Origin: Gekko japonicus
Lineage: Eukaryota
Length of the DNA: 64,000 nucleotides
Assembly: GCF_001447785.1 (NCBI RefSeq)
Contig: NW_015174296.1
Coordinates: 517,862 to 581,861 of the forward strand
Reading direction: 5' to 3'
Position 1 is the stretch's first letter. Every line of letters starts with the position of its first letter. The position numbers were made by a program, and so were the translations under genes. This document shows positions 1 to 11,832 of the stretch, piece after piece. The notes under the pieces were generated by a model, which did no database searches, was not told the origin of the DNA, and worked only from the letters and a program-made list of their open reading frames with translations.

Positions 1-1520
1 CCTCCTCCTGCTCTCAGACTCCTCCGTCTTCCATCACAACATACCACAATTGAAACCGACAGCATGGCAGGTAACGTCACAGGCTTCTCCTCCCGTGTAG
101 TTAACGTCCTTCTGAATTCAAGGAAACCCACTACACGGAAGTCCTATACTTATAAATGGAAGAAGTTCTGCTCTTTCCTCGGTGAGGATGCCACTCGAGC
201 CTCCTCAGTTGGCCTCGACAGAGTTTTTCATTTCCTCCTCTCCTTAGCTGACTCGGGACTTTCCAGCTCTTCGTTGAAAGTTTATTTGGCCGCTCTTTCG
301 GCCTACCATGTTCCAGTTGAAGGATGTACTTTGTTTTCACATCGGCTTTCGAAACGGTTTTTAAAAGGTTTGCTTCACCTTTACCCTCCTGTTAAAACTC
401 CAGTTACTCCATGGGACCTTCCTCTAGTTCTACGCCAGCTGATGAGGAAGCCCTTCAAGCCACTTGCAACATGCGAGCTCAGACTCCTGGCTTGGTAAAC
501 GGCCTTTTTAATTGCCATCACCTCGGCTAGGTGAGTGGGAGAGATACTGGCTTTCTGCCATGACACACCCTACCTGTCGTTTTTGCCAGATGGAGTACGA
601 CTAGTACCGGACATTTCCTTCCTGTCGAAGGTGGTGTCAGAGTTCCACCTGCAGGCTGAGGTCTTCCTCCCAGACTTCTTTCCAAACCCTACGTCAGCGG
701 AGGACAGACTACTACACACTCTAGATGTCAAGCGTGCTCTTTTGTTCCATCTCCAAAGAACGGATCCAACCAGACAAGACCCACAACTTTTCATCTCGTA
801 CGCTTTGGCACGGCTAGGCAGTCGTATCATGGCTCAGTGCCTCTCGAAGTGGATTGTAGGTCTCATCCAACTCTGTTACCTACTCACCAAGCAGCCATTG
901 CCTGGTCCTATCAGGGCTCATTCCACCAGGGCTGTCGCGACTTCCACTGCCTTCCTCCAAGGAGTACCACTACCGGACATTTGTAAAGCCGCTACCTGGG
1001 CCATGCCTAACACCTTCACCAGGCACTAGGCCCTAGACGTCCATACGAACACCGGTACCAACATGGGACGTCACATTCTGTCTTCAGCTACACAGTAAAA
1101 GACCTGCCAGCACCCACCTCCAGGTAGGCTACTGCTCGGTAATCTCCCATGGGTGTAAAGCACAGAGACCATGTCGAAGATAAGCAGGTTGCTTACTAGT
1201 AACTGGTGATCTTTGAGTGGTCATCTGTGCATTCACACCACCCACCTTCCTTCCCCGCTGCTGTCAGCTTCTACATTTTCGAATGGGGGTTGATTTGCGG
1301 CGGTACTTTGAAGGAACTGGTGGGATGTCCGCGCCCACCCCTCTGAGCATACACGATGGGGTTCCTGCGCATGCCCGGAGGGACTGGGCATTAAAATCCA
1401 TTAAAAAAGAGCTTGCTATAGCACCAATTGATCCAGCGTGTGCGCACTGAATCCCATGGGTGTGAATGCACAGATGACCACTCGAAGATCACCAGTTACT
1501 GGTAAGCAACCTGCTTTTTT
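1..1520 (+). mobile_element. DIRS1-type tyrosine-recombinase retrotransposon, 3' part (YR ORF, internal complementary region, right terminal repeat)
   Basis: YR reading frame at 64-1098. Segment 1182-1239 is the near-perfect reverse complement of 1459-1516. Segment 1145-1180 resembles 1452-1488. The element ends in a T-run, as DIRS1 elements do. Confidence 0.92.
64..1098 (+). pseudogene. DIRS tyrosine recombinase (phage-integrase-like) with three in-frame stops
   Basis: ORFs 64-498 and 535-1029 share one frame: SSLKVYLAALSAYH, KRFLKG, PWDL, W*TAFLIAITSAR*VGE, LDVKRAL, AHSTRAVATS, ICKAATW, TFTRH*ALDV. Stops at 496, 532 and 1027; natural stop at 1096-1098. Confidence 0.9.
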
Positions 1521-2840
1521 AAGTTCTTCTCCTTGAAATCAAAGGACTTAACTTTGGCCAGACTAAACCCATTGTATTTTTATATATATACTATAAGAGG
1601 CATTCTTCTGTGTTGCTTATGTCCAGGTACCGTTGATCCTCCACCTCCTGATATTTAAAAGCTGCAACATGGAAAACCAAAAAGGGGGGAAACAATACTT
1701 GCACAATGTTGGTGATTCTTGAAGAAATGAAGCACTTCAGACAAAACTGGAAGGACCTGCTGTCACCACCTGTTGCAGTATATGTTTCTTTGTGAAAAAC
1801 AAGTTAGTTTTCAAAGGCTTTTCATTTCTGTCTGAATCAATGAGTTTTTCTGTATAAAAAATAATGTATGTAGTATATATTGTATATATTCAGGTTAAGG
1901 GTGATTGTTTCTAAAATATGAAGAGCAAAGAGGTTTACATCTGTAATTTTAAGGAACTGATCAGACAAACTGCACAACTTTTTTCTCATCTTTGCTCACA
2001 CACACACACAGCAAAACCAAAATGGCCTAATAGATTGCTTTGTACTGCAGGAGCTGCTGGGAAAGAAACAGACAGTGAATAGAAAAAGACACAACTTTGT
2101 TCTTAGCTGTAACAGAGGCTGGCACAAAGGAAGGTAACCCCTTTCATTGCCATGCCACGTTAATATGGCCAATTAGGAAGGTCCACGTTTCTACTTCCTG
2201 TAGGATCCCTACCCGTGAGCATACCAGATTATTTTTGAGACACCTAAGTGCTATATAACTCATGGAAATGCCAATTAGAAAGGTGTATTTCATTCATTTC
2301 AGTTCCCAGAAAATCTATACTCACTCCAGTAGTGACCAACAGCATGCAACAGTAATCAGAAATGGCCAGACCAGTACATGTAACTTCCTTCCAACCAGAC
2401 AAGACTAAGGAAGAAAATAAAAGAAAGTCATGCATCTCCAGGACCAGTGGCTACACAGGGAAACATTTTCCTTCAATGTGCATGCCCACTTCACCCAAGT
2501 TTGATGTCCTAACACTCAATGATGGTCTGTTTCTCATCTCTCCCCCCCCCCCATAGCAACTTGATAGGGAATAAGAACTTTTGCTTTGACCCCACTTCAC
2601 AGAGTCATGCTGACTTCAGATGGAGTCAGATGTAAGATTTTAACTTTTTGCCAGATTCTCCTGCCTTGATACAGCTTTACAAATGGTTTCTGCAAATGTT
2701 ACCTCCTCTCTTCTGTTCTGAGGCAGCTGGAAGAGAACACATTACAGCAATACTGGTAGTGCTTAGTCAGCTAAAAGTCTGTTGTCCAAAGTTCAAGTAT
2801 TCATAAGTTATGAGCAATTCTTAATGTCCTGGCCCACTCA

Positions 2841-2924
2841 CAGTGCAATCCTATGCAAAATCCTATGCGAGCCCATTGATTGCAATGAGCTTAGACTGGA
2901 GAAATTTTGCACAGGATTGCATTG
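2841..2924. repeat. Short palindromic MITE-like element
   Basis: CAGTGCAATCCTATGCAAAA at the left end pairs with TTTTGCACAGGATTGCATTG at the right end. Confidence 0.55.
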
Positions 2925-4509
2925 TCACCTTTGACATGGGAGCATCTCTTATTTAGATACATTTCCAAAGAGAACATTGCCTGCTGTTTAAACATTTTTG
3001 CATTTTAAGTATGCTGGGAAGAGTTATGGGTAGCGTGTTCATGAATGTCCATGCTCTTTGTATGTTTACATCAGATCTCAACATTCAAATATACTTTGGT
3101 TGTTAATATCTGTGTTTTTTTATTTGGGTTCTTGTCCTAAACTCAAGATATTTACTGTTTATGTATTTCCTAAGGTTTTCTGTTCGTTGAAAAGATGCTT
3201 TCTCTACAGGTTTCTGCAGAATATTGCTTAACAGAACAATCCACATTTGGATAAATGGACTTTATAAGGAAAAAGGAAACAGCTGGTCTGTTAACATTTC
3301 ATGCTTGTTAACTTTATATATTTGCAAATGCTACTACTTTTCATATTTTAAAATTAAAGGAAATTACAGTATTACCAAATTCAAATTCACTGAACATTTG
3401 GGCATTAGTCCATTATTGTTCTTTTAGTGTGTGTTTTCAGACACTGGTTAAAGACAGTTGAACATTTTCCACTGATGACAAAATATTTAGCAGCTCAATT
3501 TTTTTAAGTGTTTAGGTTTGCCAGTCATCACCTAGAGATAAATTGTCCTAAAGCTTCCTTTATGACCTGATGACTTGTCGAATACTTACTGTTCTCTCAA
3601 ATACATTTCTGATCATTACTGCAACTGATATTTAAAAATGACTCACTACCAGCAATATTTTCTGTTAAATTTTAGGAGTCCTAGCTTCAAGTGAAATCAC
3701 TAAGAATACAGGCTCTTTCTTGTTTTCGTCCAGCAATTCCCTTCAGAGGTGTAATTGCTGGCTAAACTTGCCACAGTCTTGCTGACTTTCAGTTGGTCAT
3801 ATCAAAAATTCTTAAGTCCTATTTAAGATACCAAATATATAATGAGTTCCTAGCTTGTCACTGCAAATATTTCATTTTCTATAGTGTAGCTTTGTAATAC
3901 GGACAATGTTTGTCTTGCTGACCTCTGAATGTACATGTCATGTTTATTGTTTTTTATCAGAAAATGCTGCATTTTAAATGTGCATATCATTCCAGTCAAC
4001 CAAAGCTTTTGCATAAAAGTTTGATGTGCTCTTAAATAAAAAAGAGTCAATAGCATCTACTTTGGGATCTACTTTGCTTACTCCTGAATATAGTAGTCTT
4101 TATTCATACCTGTAGTAATATAGTGAAAAAATAATGCCATAAAACATTTATCTTAAATTCATAAGAAATCAGGGTAGGTACAAGCAGGGGACCCGTAAGG
4201 ACTTATCTGCCTTCATCTTCAGTTTCCTCTGCTTCCTTCCCTCTGTCAGCCTCTCCCTGGGAACAACTCTACATAGTTCTAGCTCCAGGGCTGGGCCCAG
4301 TTGCATGGTGCCAGCTGTTGGGCTGGGCCCAGTTATGCAGTGGGGAAACCACAAGAGCTTGTGGGGAGCACCTCACTTTCCCCTCAATCCACCTCCCCAC
4401 ACTATTTCCTCTTTTTTTCCTCCTCTCACCAGCCTACATATCCTCACCTCTCCCTGCTTCATTTTTTTCCTTCTCACCAACCTTTTATCTGCCCCTCATC
4501 CTGAGATAT

Positions 4510-4720
4510 ATTTATTATTTATTTAATTTATACCCTGCCTTTCTCCACAATGGGGACCCAACACAGCTTACATCATTCTCCTCTCTGTTTTATCCATCTT
4601 GTGAGGAAGCCTACGCTGAGAGTGTGTAACTGATCCAAGGCCACTCAATGAGCTTCTGTGGCAGAGTGGGGATTCAAATGGGGGTCTCCCACATCCTAGT
4701 CTGAAACTCTGTATCACACT
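4510..4720 (-). mobile_element. tRNA/CORE-type squamate SINE (Squam3-like)
   Basis: Reverse-complement similarity to 12275-12495; (TTTA)n tail at the left end. Confidence 0.7.
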
Positions 4721-4801
4721 GACTTTTGTGAGGTGGCTGCTGTTGAACAGTAGGAAGCCGCCTAGGGGGAGATGGAACCAGAGAAAAAGGATGAAAAGCC
4801 T

Positions 4802-4915
4802 ACAGTGCTGCCATTTCTGCTGACAAAATGTGACAGGAGGGAACTGGAAGCTCCTCCACAGTGCTGCCATTTCTGCTGACAAAATGGGACAGGAGGGAAC
4901 TGGAAGCTCTCCTCC
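4802..4915 (+). repeat. About 56-bp tandem duplication (2 copies)
   Basis: ACAGTGCTGCCATTTCTGCTGACAAAATG(T/G)GACAGGAGGGAACTGGAAGCTC occurs twice. Confidence 0.85.
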
Positions 4916-5446
4916 CTCACAGTTCTGATTGAACAAGTACTGTTTAAGGTGAGTTCCCCCAATGTCTGTCTGTCTATGAGTCTGGTTGCACCCTTGCAAC
5001 CTGGCACATGTTGAGTGCATCATGTATTTCAAGCCCCCAGGTGGCACTGCTGTGGAAATATATGGCTGCCACAGAATGTGTCACACATGATTTCTTTCTT
5101 AAACCAGATACAGGAAAAAAGTAGACCTTTGTGCACTGAAATGTGAAATAAATAATAACCTTCCCAGGGAAATAGAAATAAAATACATCTCTGTGTGTAC
5201 ATAACATTGGAATCTGCTGCCATTAGTGGCTTCCCAACTTGTGGACAAAGGGTTGCATATAGGAACAGTGTTGGATATGAAGCACCCTGTGTTTGTGCTT
5301 CTACTGATTTTGGACCACATCTTGTTGAGTAGTTTGAAAGGCAGTACAGCAGGTGGTGTAAGAACCTGACTGAAATTTTTCTCCATTAAGAACCTAGAAG
5401 GTTAAATGAATCCAAATTAAAGGGCTCGATTCAGATTAAAATCATA

Positions 5447-5646
5447 CAGAAATCTCAAACAAAGACCTAATGTGACCTTGACCAAACGTGTTTTGGCCTT
5501 ATGGCCTACTTCAGTGGCCAAGCATAGGTATTACACATTAGGTCCAGACAATGCATATGTAATAGCTATGCTTGACCACTGAAGAAGGCCATAAGGCTGA
5601 AACACATTTAGTCAGGGTCGCATTAGGTCTTTGTTTGAGATTTCTG
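5447..5646. mobile_element. Penelope-like inverted terminal repeat (about 92-bp arms) with a hammerhead core in each arm
   Basis: 5447-5538 is the reverse complement of about 5556-5646. The + arm reads GACCA-CTGAAGA-AGGCC-ATAA-GGCT-GAAA-CACATT-TAGTC. Confidence 0.75.
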
Positions 5647-5764
5647 CAGGTGCACTCTGAAAGGGGATTTCCTTGACATCATCAAATGTGAGGAATGAAT
5701 AAAAATGGAGTGATGTTATAGATGGTTCACACTATGCTATGCTAATGGCCAAAATAGAAACAGA

Positions 5765-6020
5765 CAATATGAATCCAGTGGCACCTTTAAGATCAACAAA
5801 GTTTTGTTCAAGGTATGAGCTTTCATGTGCACGCACACTTCTTCAGATACAATTAAATGAAATTTACCAGTCCAAACATGAATAACAAGCTAAATTTACA
5901 TGGTCACCATTTGTGTGGATTTAATTTCGGGGGAGAACATGGTGAAGCAAATCTATCAAAATTGGAGACTGATGTGTAAATGTATCTTTAATTGTGGAAA
6001 GCTGAGAGTAATTGACTGAG
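5765..6020 (-). mobile_element. Penelope-like element 3' terminus with minimal hammerhead motif
   Basis: Minus strand: CTGAAGAAGTGTGCGTGCACATGAAAGCTCA...GGTGCCACTGGATTC. Same family as the copies at 30255, 54395, 54585 and 56375. Confidence 0.75.
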
Positions 6021-6029
6021 ACCATGTTG

Positions 6030-7605
6030 TTACATCCATCTCCTCTCTAGCTTGGAGGTGACCCCTCCATGGAGGAAGGGGTTGTTTTACGCTTTACCCC
6101 CAATTCCTTTACTAAGTAAGGTTCTGGGCAGAATCAGATCCCAGAGGACATTCCATCTTGGTGGCTCCTTGGTGGCTACATCAGATTTGGTTCTCTGAGC
6201 TCATGACTGTGTCTCAGGGACTCTACACTCATTTTCCCCTGCAGTCAGATCTGCTGCACAGCAATTCACTGTGGCACCATCATATCATGAGGCTGTGCTT
6301 AACTGCTTGGCTTCTAAATCTATCCATGTGAGTTTTTCCCAACTAGTGTTATAAGTTCTGTTACATGCTCATAGGTGTTCTACCCACATTTCACACACCT
6401 ATAATGGGAGAAGTTTGCCTCCTGGTTGAGGAGGAAAGGCCCTCATCTGACTACCTGCTCTCTCTGAAGGACTCAGGTTTGGCACCTTCCTCTGTGAAAG
6501 TGCATTTGGCTGCCATCTCAGCATTTCATAGATGGTGGCAATGTTTTCCCCACTATACTTCTAAGCAATTTCTTAAGGGTCTGTATAACTTCTACCCTCC
6601 TAGAAGTCCTATTGTCCCACAGTGGCGCCTTTTAGTCTCAATTGATGTTCTCACTGTCCACTTGCCTGATTGCTTTATTTTTCCTAAACTTTGTTTTCTG
6701 GTCTCCATAACTTCAGCTAAGAGGGATCAGAGAGTTGGTGGCTCTTAGGTCTGATCTACCTTTTCTCCAGTTCTTCCCTGGGAATGTTATGTTGATGCCT
6801 AGCCTCCAGTTTCTCTCTAAAGTTGCCTCCAGGTTCCTGCTTGCCCAAGTTGTTACACTCCTNNNNNNNNNNNNNNNNNNNNNNNNNNNNNNNNNNNNNN
6901 NNNNNNNNNNGAAATCAAAAGAGCTTTACTGTATTTTTTAAATAAAGGACTCCATGTTTCTTCATGTATTTGAGCCTGATCATCTGTCACTCAGATCCTC
7001 ACGAGGGATTTGTTGCATCCTTGCAGATATATCCCATTGGATTGCCCAGCTATTAAACTACCGCCATGCTGGTGTTTTGTGTCTGCTTTCTGTTTGAGCT
7101 TCCACTCAGAGATGACTGCAAAGCTGCTCTGTGGTCCTCCTCAGATATCATCATTGCCATTATGCTGTCCTGCACTCTCTGACTGATTGACCAGCTCACT
7201 CCTGACTCCTTTGGTGAGTAGCTTACTAGGCTCCCAATGCAGGATTGCACAGACAACCAAAGACAAAAACAGGGTTGCACTTACCTGTAACTGCTGTTTG
7301 TCGAGCTGTCTTCTGTGCAGGCACGCATTCCTTCCCTCCTGCCCCACTGTGAGTTTTTTGCATATTGTTGGACTTCCAGCAGCTCAGGAGCACTGAGGGA
7401 NNNNNNNNNNNNNNNNNNNNNNNNNNNNNNNNNNNNNNNNNNNNNNNNNTCCCTCCTCACATGCTCAGAGGTAGGAGAGCCTTTTCAGTCACTAGAAGCT
7501 AGAAAGTGCTCTCCAAGGCCAGCGTGCATGCATGCAGTCCCAGTGTGTGCCTGCACAGAAGACAACTTGACAAATAACAGTTACAGGTAAGTGCAACCTT
7601 ATTTT
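6030..7605 (+). mobile_element. Second, older DIRS1-type element (degenerate YR and terminal inverted structure)
   Basis: Peptides LLSLKDSGLAPSSVKVHLAAISAFH, SKQFLKGLYNFYPP, FLVSITSAKR and ALRSDLPFLQF..FLSKV are paralogous to the YR at 64-1098. 7266-7329 is the reverse complement of 7542-7605. The left boundary is approximate. Confidence 0.8.
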
Positions 7606-7739
7606 ACAAGATGTTCTTTGGGTAGCAAGTCTAAAGGCTTTCGCTTCACTGCTATGAGGTAAGTTTTGTGTTGAGCCAGAAGAACATGGAGATCACCGAG
7701 GGAAGGAGCTGTATGTAAATAACAAATAATATTTAATTA

Positions 7740-8650
7740 TTTACAGGTTGCTTTTAAAGAACAAACAAGACTTTCAGGGACTTATTAGATGTGTCCCACT
7801 CTGAGTATGGCAGCCCTGCCGCTGTCAAGGAGCATGAAGGTCAAGGGGACAGGGCAGCTTGCTGAAGAAGGGGGAACATTCCCTCAGAAGGGACCCCTTT
7901 TACAGTTGGTGAACAGGTATCCTTTTGCACCAAGGAACAACCCCTGGGCCCGGAGGGAGGGGGGACTCTTGGTAGTTGGTGATTTGATCCTGAGGCATAT
8001 AGATAGATAGGTTGCAAATCTGCATACTAACCACATGGTGACTTGCTTGCACGGTGTGAAGGTAGCAGACATTACACATGGTCTAGATAGGCTGATAGTG
8101 CTGGGGAGGAGCCAGTGGTCATGGTACACGTTGGCACCTACGGTGGGGAAATGTAGTTGTGTGATCCTGGAGGAAAAATTTAGGCTGCTAGGCAAGAAGA
8201 CTCAAGGCCAGGACCTCCAAGGTAGCCTTCTCAGAAGTGCTGCCTTTTCACGCACAGGGCCAGCTAGGCAAGCACAAATTAGGAGTCTCAGTGTGTGGAT
8301 GAGATGATGGTGTAGGGAGGGAGGGTTTAAGTTTGTTAGGCACTGGGATACTTTTTGGAACAAGAAATACCTGTACAAAAGAGACAGCCTCCACTTGTCC
8401 CAAGAAGGAACCTGGCTGCTGGAACTTAAAATCAAAAAGGTGGCAGAGCAGTTTTTAAACTAAATCCTGGAGGAAAGCTGACAGAAGATGAAATGTCTCT
8501 GATGGCTCATCTCTAGAGATGAAGGGGTAGCTGTTACTGTTCAAGAGGGAAGTGGATTAGGACTGGCCACTGAGAGGGTGACAAACAATATTGTCTGCCT
8601 GGCAAGGTCTAGAGGCCACAGAAGGAAGGTTGCAGGCCTAACATGTCTGG
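7740..8650 (+). mobile_element. CR1 LINE ORF1 fragment (SGNH/GDSL esterase domain), frameshifted
   Basis: LLVVGDLILRHIDR, VTCLHGVKVADIT..LDRL, VHVGT and RDSLHLS match the esterase blocks GDS, G, GxND and DxxH of CR1 ORF1p. Confidence 0.75.
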
Positions 8651-8666
8651 GAAATTATAGATTATA

Positions 8667-9412
8667 CAAGAAAGGGGACCCACGATACTCATGGGGGGGG
8701 GGAAGAGCTCCACACAGAGCAGGAGGAGGAGGAAGCAGCAGTAGCAGGTAAGCCTCCCCCCCCGGACACCGGCAGCGCGGCCTGAGTGACTGCCAGCCAT
8801 TGAGCTTGCCGATTCCCCCCCCGTCCCCGGTCTCCTCCANNNNNNNNNNNNNNNNNNNNNNNNNNNNNNNNNNNNNNNNNNNNNNNNNNNNNNNNNNNNN
8901 NNNNNNNNNNNNNNNNNNNNNNNNNNNNNNNNNNNNNNNNNNNNNNNNNNNNNNNNNNNNNNNNNNNNNNNNNNNNNNNNNNNNNNNNNNNNNNNNNNNN
9001 NNNNNNNNNNNNNNNNNNNNNNNNNNNNNNNNNNNNNNNNNNNNTCTTCCACCCCTGCCTCAGGCTCCACTGATCTTCTTGCCCCCACTCCGGCGGCAAG
9101 TTCCGAGTGGCTTCCGGCCGCTCGGGCCTCCCAATCTCCTTCTCCCCCCCCCGCTTGGGTCCCGCAAATCTCCTTCCCCCACCCCAGCTCTGGTGGCGAG
9201 GCCTGAGTGCCTTCCAACCACCGGCCCGCCAGTTCCCAGAGCATTCTCTGCGCATGTGCAGGGAACACTCTTTTAATTGTTACTTTTTAGGTAATTTAAA
9301 TATTTTTTCCAACTTTTCATATTTTTCTGCACACCTGATGATTGCCCCAGGTGCCCCCGATGTGCGGATTTAGATATCCGCACACGGGGTGGATTAGTTA
9401 TTAGTATATAGA
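8667..9412 (-). mobile_element. Non-autonomous Helitron-like element, family A (contains an N gap)
   Basis: Minus strand begins TCTATATA and ends with hairpin CCCATGA-GTA-TCGTGGG followed by ...CTTG|T. Both ends are homologous to 40198-40863. Confidence 0.6.
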
Positions 9413-11429
9413 GGCAATCCTGCACTTGGTCCTAGGTAATGCTCAGGACCTGGTGAGAGATGTAAACATGATAGCACTAATGCAATATGTTCCTCATAGT
9501 CCCTTTTTGTCCGTCTGATCACCAAAAAAACCCCACAATCATTTATTGCTTTCAGGTACAAGCAGGCTTTCACTGACTAACCACTAGGTTGAATCCTTTC
9601 ACACACACGGAATTCCACCAACACCAGCCTGCCTTTTCCCAAGAGTCAGACTAAACTGCATGAGGTCTACTTATCACCAGAGACAGACCTAACAACTGGA
9701 TGCTGTCTTCTCCCAGAGGTAGAGTTAAACCACTTTGCCATGCTAATAGGCAGACTTCAAACTATCTCTGCATTCTCCATGAGGCAGATCTGAAGTCTTG
9801 CAATGTTTCCGTTCAGCATTTCAGCCTCCTCCCTCTAAAAGGTGATTGGATGCTAGAGAAGCACTCCCATAGGCTCTGAGATGATAAACAGAGTGGCTGT
9901 TTACCCTTTTAGGGGCAGAACAGTGTCCATCACACTGCCTTCCCTTTTTTTCCTTTAGTTTGGCAAAAGAACTTCAAAAATTAAGGAGCTTCCAGAATGT
10001 ATATGTGATTTTTGTTTGTATAGAGACGAGCCCCACCACAAAGCTGCAGTTATTGCAAACCCCCCCCCCCAAAAAAATATTTCATTCCACAAAATCTGCA
10101 TTCCAAAATCACTCTTATGGAAAGGGCACAGGTCAAATTACACTGGTTGCAATAAGTGCATGAAACCTAATAAATTGAGGGTATGATATTTTGTTATTTT
10201 ATGACAGAAAACCATCATGCACAAAAAGGAAAATGCTGGAGCACATCGAGTGTTTGCTCCTCATGAAAGAAATAAGAAAACCTTGACACACACACTGTAA
10301 CTCTGGACTGTGGTCACAATATTGATTTAAATCTACTTAAATATCATGGAGGTCAAAACATTCATGGTTGCAATCTGTGCCTACATGACAAGGTTGCAGT
10401 CAGTTTGATATCAATCATTCATCCAAATAAAGTAATTGCTGCACACACAAGAGGGTGAGGACAGAAATGCAACTGGTGCAGTGTTTCCCTAACATATTGA
10501 ATTTCTACCAGCAATGCGCCTTCTGGGCAGAGGCTCCTTACCTGAAGAAATAACATTGCTAGTTGCAGATGGTCTGTGTTCCAGTCCTGAAGAGTTGGAG
10601 TTTGAACCTGCTGCCTAGCCCAGAAGACAAAGTGAATCTGGGGTTATAGCTGCATTACAGCCACTAGTCCCCATACAAGTCATAACATGTAAAACTACTT
10701 ATAGTGAGCATTTCCACTATTACATTGCAAGACTCCATCATCTCCCTAATCCTCCTTCACAGCATTCCCTGGAGAATGTCTAGAGATGTGTATGTTTAAC
10801 TGGGGAGGCTGAATGTTATCTACAGAAATGTCTACATATCTGTCCACTGAGTAATGCTAAACTGCTGAAATGAAATTATCACCTATTTGTGGATAGTGCC
10901 ATGACTGATGAATAATTGAGTCCACTGATTTATTAACAATTGCATGTGGCCAACAGAAATGGCAACAGATGCTACACTTCCTAGGGTGTTTGTTTATGTC
11001 GGCTAAGGCCGCCATGGCTTGGATTGTGTTTCCTCCACTGCTTTCATCCCATCTCCCCCCTCCTTCTCCCTCCTCCTGGTATGTGCGCCCCCCCTCCTTC
11101 TCCCTCCTCCTGGTATGCACGCCTGGTTTCTTCCTGTTACCTCTCCTGTGGCCTTGGAGCTGAGGGCCATTTTCATTTGAGCGCACTTGCTTGCCCCTGC
11201 TTATTGGTCTACACCTGTCAAGGGGACCTGTATGAACTGGGTATAATACTCTGTATTCCCGCCTAACCCCCCATTCCAGACACAAAGTGTGTTGTATGAT
11301 GACCTGAGTACCTCTACCAATAAACTACACCTCTCCTGAGGACTATTGTTGAGTGTGATTGACTTAGAGTTTGCTTATTTCATTTATACTGCACTTTTCT
11401 CACCAATGGGGACACAAAGTGGCTTGCAA

Positions 11430-11832
11430 CCAGGATTCCCTCTAAGATGAGTTAGTGTGAGCTTTTTTGTTGTTCAGTCGCACAGTTGAGTCCGACTCTT
11501 CGTGACCCCATGGACCAGATCACGCCAGGCCTTCCGGTCTTCTGCCGTCCTCTGAAGTTTGCTCAACTTCATGTTCGTTGCATTTATGACACTGTCTAAC
11601 CATCTCATCCTTTGCCGTCCCCGTCTTCTTTGACCTTCAATCTTTCCCAGCATCAGGGTCTTCTCCAGTGAGTGCTCTCTTCTAGCTCACAGTTTTGTCT
11701 TAGCTCAGGAAGGATGGCTCCAGAGCAAACTAATTTATTCAGTTGCCAAATCACTCATTCACAACTTTAATGCCAGTAGCTCACAACGTAGAATTTTTGC
11801 TCCGAAGACTCCACAGCTTAGAGGGAGCATTC
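11430..11832. mobile_element. hAT-like MITE interrupted by a BovB fragment
   Basis: Termini CAGGATTCCCTCTAAG and CTTAGAGGGAGCATT are roughly inverted. Confidence 0.5.
11464..11682 (-). mobile_element. RTE-BovB LINE 3' end (5'-truncated)
   Basis: TTGTTCAGTCG...GTCCGACTCTTCGTGACCCCATGGAC...CCATCTCATCCTTTGCCGTCCCC...TCTTTCCCAGCATCAGGGTCTT is the characteristic BovB 3' sequence in reverse. Confidence 0.88.
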
